A stretch of DNA of 64,000 nt, from contig MU008159.1 of the NCBI GenBank assembly GCA_010909165.1, forward strand, positions 1,116,001 to 1,180,000, given 5' to 3'. The translations under genes and the position numbers were made by a program. The stretch's first letter is position 1, and every line of letters begins with the position of its first letter. The stretch comes from Anthoceros angustus (Eukaryota > Plantae > Anthocerotophyta). Under the pieces are notes generated by a model, which searched no databases, was not told where the DNA came from, and saw only the letters and a list, made by a program, of their open reading frames with translations. This document shows, one piece after another, positions 61,067 to 64,000 of this stretch.

Positions 61067-64000
61067 ATGATAGAAGTACAAACAATAGTAAGATACTTGA
61101 AAGAGAATCCATTGAATTATTCAATGTCTCTTACGGAATTCAGGTATGTAAATATGTATGTGATTCTTGAGGTTTCAAAATTTATGAAACTTACTGAACA
61201 ATCTTTGATATGACCTCTTGCAGCCAAAAAACGCCCGAGGAATTGCGAGAAATACTATGCAATGTGCTCAGCATAATTCAATCAAACCAGGTAATATAAA
61301 AAATATTCATATTCAAGATAAAATTTTATGTCGATGTGTAGCTCAATATTTATCTTGATTTTTCAGAAATTAAATTTAGATTTATGTAAAGAAGAAACAA
61401 CAACAGAATGGATAGTAGAATTTCTCCAAATTCTTAATTATCAACCTCCTCATGATAGGTATAAAATATTCAGTATCTTTGTAACTCATAAAATATTTGA
61501 GGGTTATAGATGTCGTGCTTTACAAAAATATACTTTTCGGTGCAGCATTCCATATAGACAAGGGCTTGCATATGGTAGCCCAGAAGTGATTTACCCATTA
61601 CTGTCTTGGATGCTTCCACAAGTATGACAATTACAACTTAAATAATGGTTTGTCTATTTAAGTTACAAAAAATCTAGAGTACAGTATATCCATAAGATTA
61701 TGATAAGATCTAAACATATATATTTGTAATGCAGATTAACAAGTTGAAAAAACGTGTTTACTTAGCACGGTTTTTAGTAGATATGGATATCCCAACTGAA
61801 TATCTTTTGGAAGAAGATATTAATGTCCTACATACTGAATATAATACACTACGAGAGCATTTTAAAAGTCAGCATTGTTATTTAGAAAACCTTGGACAAA
61901 TGGAAGAAGATCCATCTGAATTCAAAAAGCTTTTGCAAAATCTACAAGCAGAACGTGATCACCTTGATTCTAAGGCTTTAAAAATCAGAGCAAAGCTTCA
62001 GGTATAGTTCCATGTTCACTAAATTATATAACTGAATAGTTAGCGTAAAAAAATTGTATTAAACTTTGACATATGGATGTCCAATCGCAGTTATGATTGC
62101 CCCTTGTTTCCAGCGCAAGTTCGAAGATGATGAGAAGCTTGATTCATTGTTGCAATCTATTTCATTGCTCACATTCTATTCAAAGGAAGAAGAGGACTTA
62201 AGTAAATCTTTACTAGAAGAAGAAAGGAAGATGGAGGGAATTTCAGGTAAAATATTATTTTTATGTCTCATATTTGGTGATATATTGTGATATACTCTTA
62301 AAAATTAAAATATTTTCATTCATCAGACCGTCCTCCAAAACTTGCAAAACATCTCAAAGACCTTGAGGCGTTTAGCTCTCTATCAACAGACGGAGTTATA
62401 GAGATATTGGCTAAAGACATAGAGGCTCTTCGATTTTCTCATCAAAGATTGAAAGTGGTAAGAGAATATATATTTCATATGACATATGTTAATAAAATGA
62501 CTTCCTTTATGTAATTTTGTAGAAACTTACCCCATAATTTTGCCTTAATATAGGATATACAAGAGAAACGTGCACAGCTAAAACCTATTGAAGATATTGA
62601 AAAGGATAACTCAAAGTTATCACACAATCCTCTCTATGTTCCGGTATGTGTTAAGATGAAGATGAAATTTTATTAAAACATAAAATTTATTAATCCTCTC
62701 ATTTAATATTTGATAAAGAAAACATAATATTTGTTACTAAGTAGGAATGCAAGTTAATATACCTATTATGCATGTGTGTAGACTAAATTATTTGCAACAC
62801 ATGAGAACATTCAATTATCAAACATTAATCAAACTGGGTATTGCAAAGATCAACCCAAGCAAAAGAAAAATGCATTAAATTGGCAAAATGATCAAATAGG
62901 TGCAATAGTTACACATAAGTTGCAATCAGCTCATAAAAATCTTGCAACATTGATTGCTACCAAAGAAAGCTTTGAAAAGGAGTTTGAACAAAGTACTAGT
63001 TCTATAAGAGAGGTGATATATGTTATAAATTATTGCATAGATGTTGATCATTCACATATATGAGTTCCATATATAAGAGAACAAAGAGTTACAGGTATTC
63101 TTTGTTATAGGTACAAGTAACAATACGTAGAGGGAAAGATTTGAAGGATTATGTTGATACTTTGCGAAACAAAGGCATTTTATACAAAGAAATGAAGACC
63201 AAAATTGATGATCTGACAATTGAGCATGGCCTCTTGTTTAGATCATTGCAAATATTGGAAAGAGAAGCTAGAAACTTACGAATGGGTATGACAACTTAAG
63301 TGGATGTACACTTTTCTATTTGATTTGAAAGATTGTATCTAAACAATGGACTTCATGAAAATGTCAACAGAAAATAATGGAAGTCGATCGGAGTCCATAG
63401 ATTTATTCAAGTCTATATCAGAAGTTTCTACAATAATCAAATTTTGTCAAGATCGTTTAGCACCCAAAATGAATATGTTACAAAAATTACAATTACTATT
63501 AAGACAAAGACACATTGAACAAGTTTCAACAGTTCATGCTCAAAAAGAGCTTTCACTTGCGGCCGAAAGGTATTTGAATTTCAAGAACTTTGAAAAAGAG
63601 GTTAACTTACTATTATATATCAAAGTTTAAGGAAAAAATTATTGTACACTCTTAGATATAAATATTCGTGTATATATGTAGGAAACATACACAAGCTGAA
63701 ACAGAAGTGTCAATGAGACATAAAGAGCTTAACAAAGAGAAACAAGTTTACCAAGAGTTATGCTCAAATGTCAAATGTCTTCAAATGTGTATTGAAGACT
63801 GTAAGAATCTAGCTTGTTCGAATTGATTTTAGATCATCGTAGCATGAATCTATGAGTTCCTGTTGACCGAAATCTTATTTTCCATATTCTGCAGTAGAAA
63901 AAATAAAAATAGGGACAAACTCCAATATATTACGACAAACACAATTGCAACAACACGAGGAGTTGGCTTGTAACTTATATCGAAGGCAACAAAATTTACA
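61067..64000 (+). CDS. IFT81: Intraflagellar transport protein 81 (IFT-B), multi-exon, 3' end beyond the window
   Basis: MIEVQTIVRYLKENPLNYSMSLTEF, FLQILNYQPP, YRQGLAYGSPEVIYPLLSWML and KLKKRVYLARFLVDMDIPTEYL match the IFT81 CH domain and following coiled coil. A later exon gives RGKDLKDYVDTLRNKGILYKEMKTKIDDLTIEHGLLFRSLQIL. Exons and introns are AT-rich. Confidence 0.9.

Overview
Eukaryotic nuclear DNA from a compact-genome land plant. Most introns are short (about 60-150 nt) and GT-AG. An IFT81 gene implies flagellated sperm, so this is a bryophyte, lycophyte or fern-grade plant; the intron sizes look hornwort/liverwort-like (inference). The window is a mosaic. GC-rich blocks hold two malectin-like-domain LRR receptor kinases, an ectodomain-less LRR-I kinase, an At1g78530-like kinase, DOHH, two P-class PPR genes, a CCCH/G-patch gene, two convergent extensin-like genes, a secreted ricin-B-like gene and an At5g41960-like gene. 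AT-rich blocks hold transposon relics (Copia LTR/PBS/gag, a pogo-like TIR element, a LINE ORF1), minisatellites and, unexpectedly, apparently intact genes. Highlights: (1) a tandem pair of 9x-CCHC GIS2/CNBP-like genes whose N-termini carry an ALY/REF-type UAP56-binding motif and a PY-NLS-like motif; (2) one copy is GC-rich and the other AT-rich, with near-identical protein and identical intron positions, and the AT copy matches the composition of IFT81, suggesting a compositionally distinct, possibly sperm-specific gene class; (3) a head-to-head pair of a full MLD-LRR kinase and an ectodomain-less relative with a possible GDPC relic; (4) a His-rich extensin chimera. Exon boundaries and GC levels were read by eye and are approximate.
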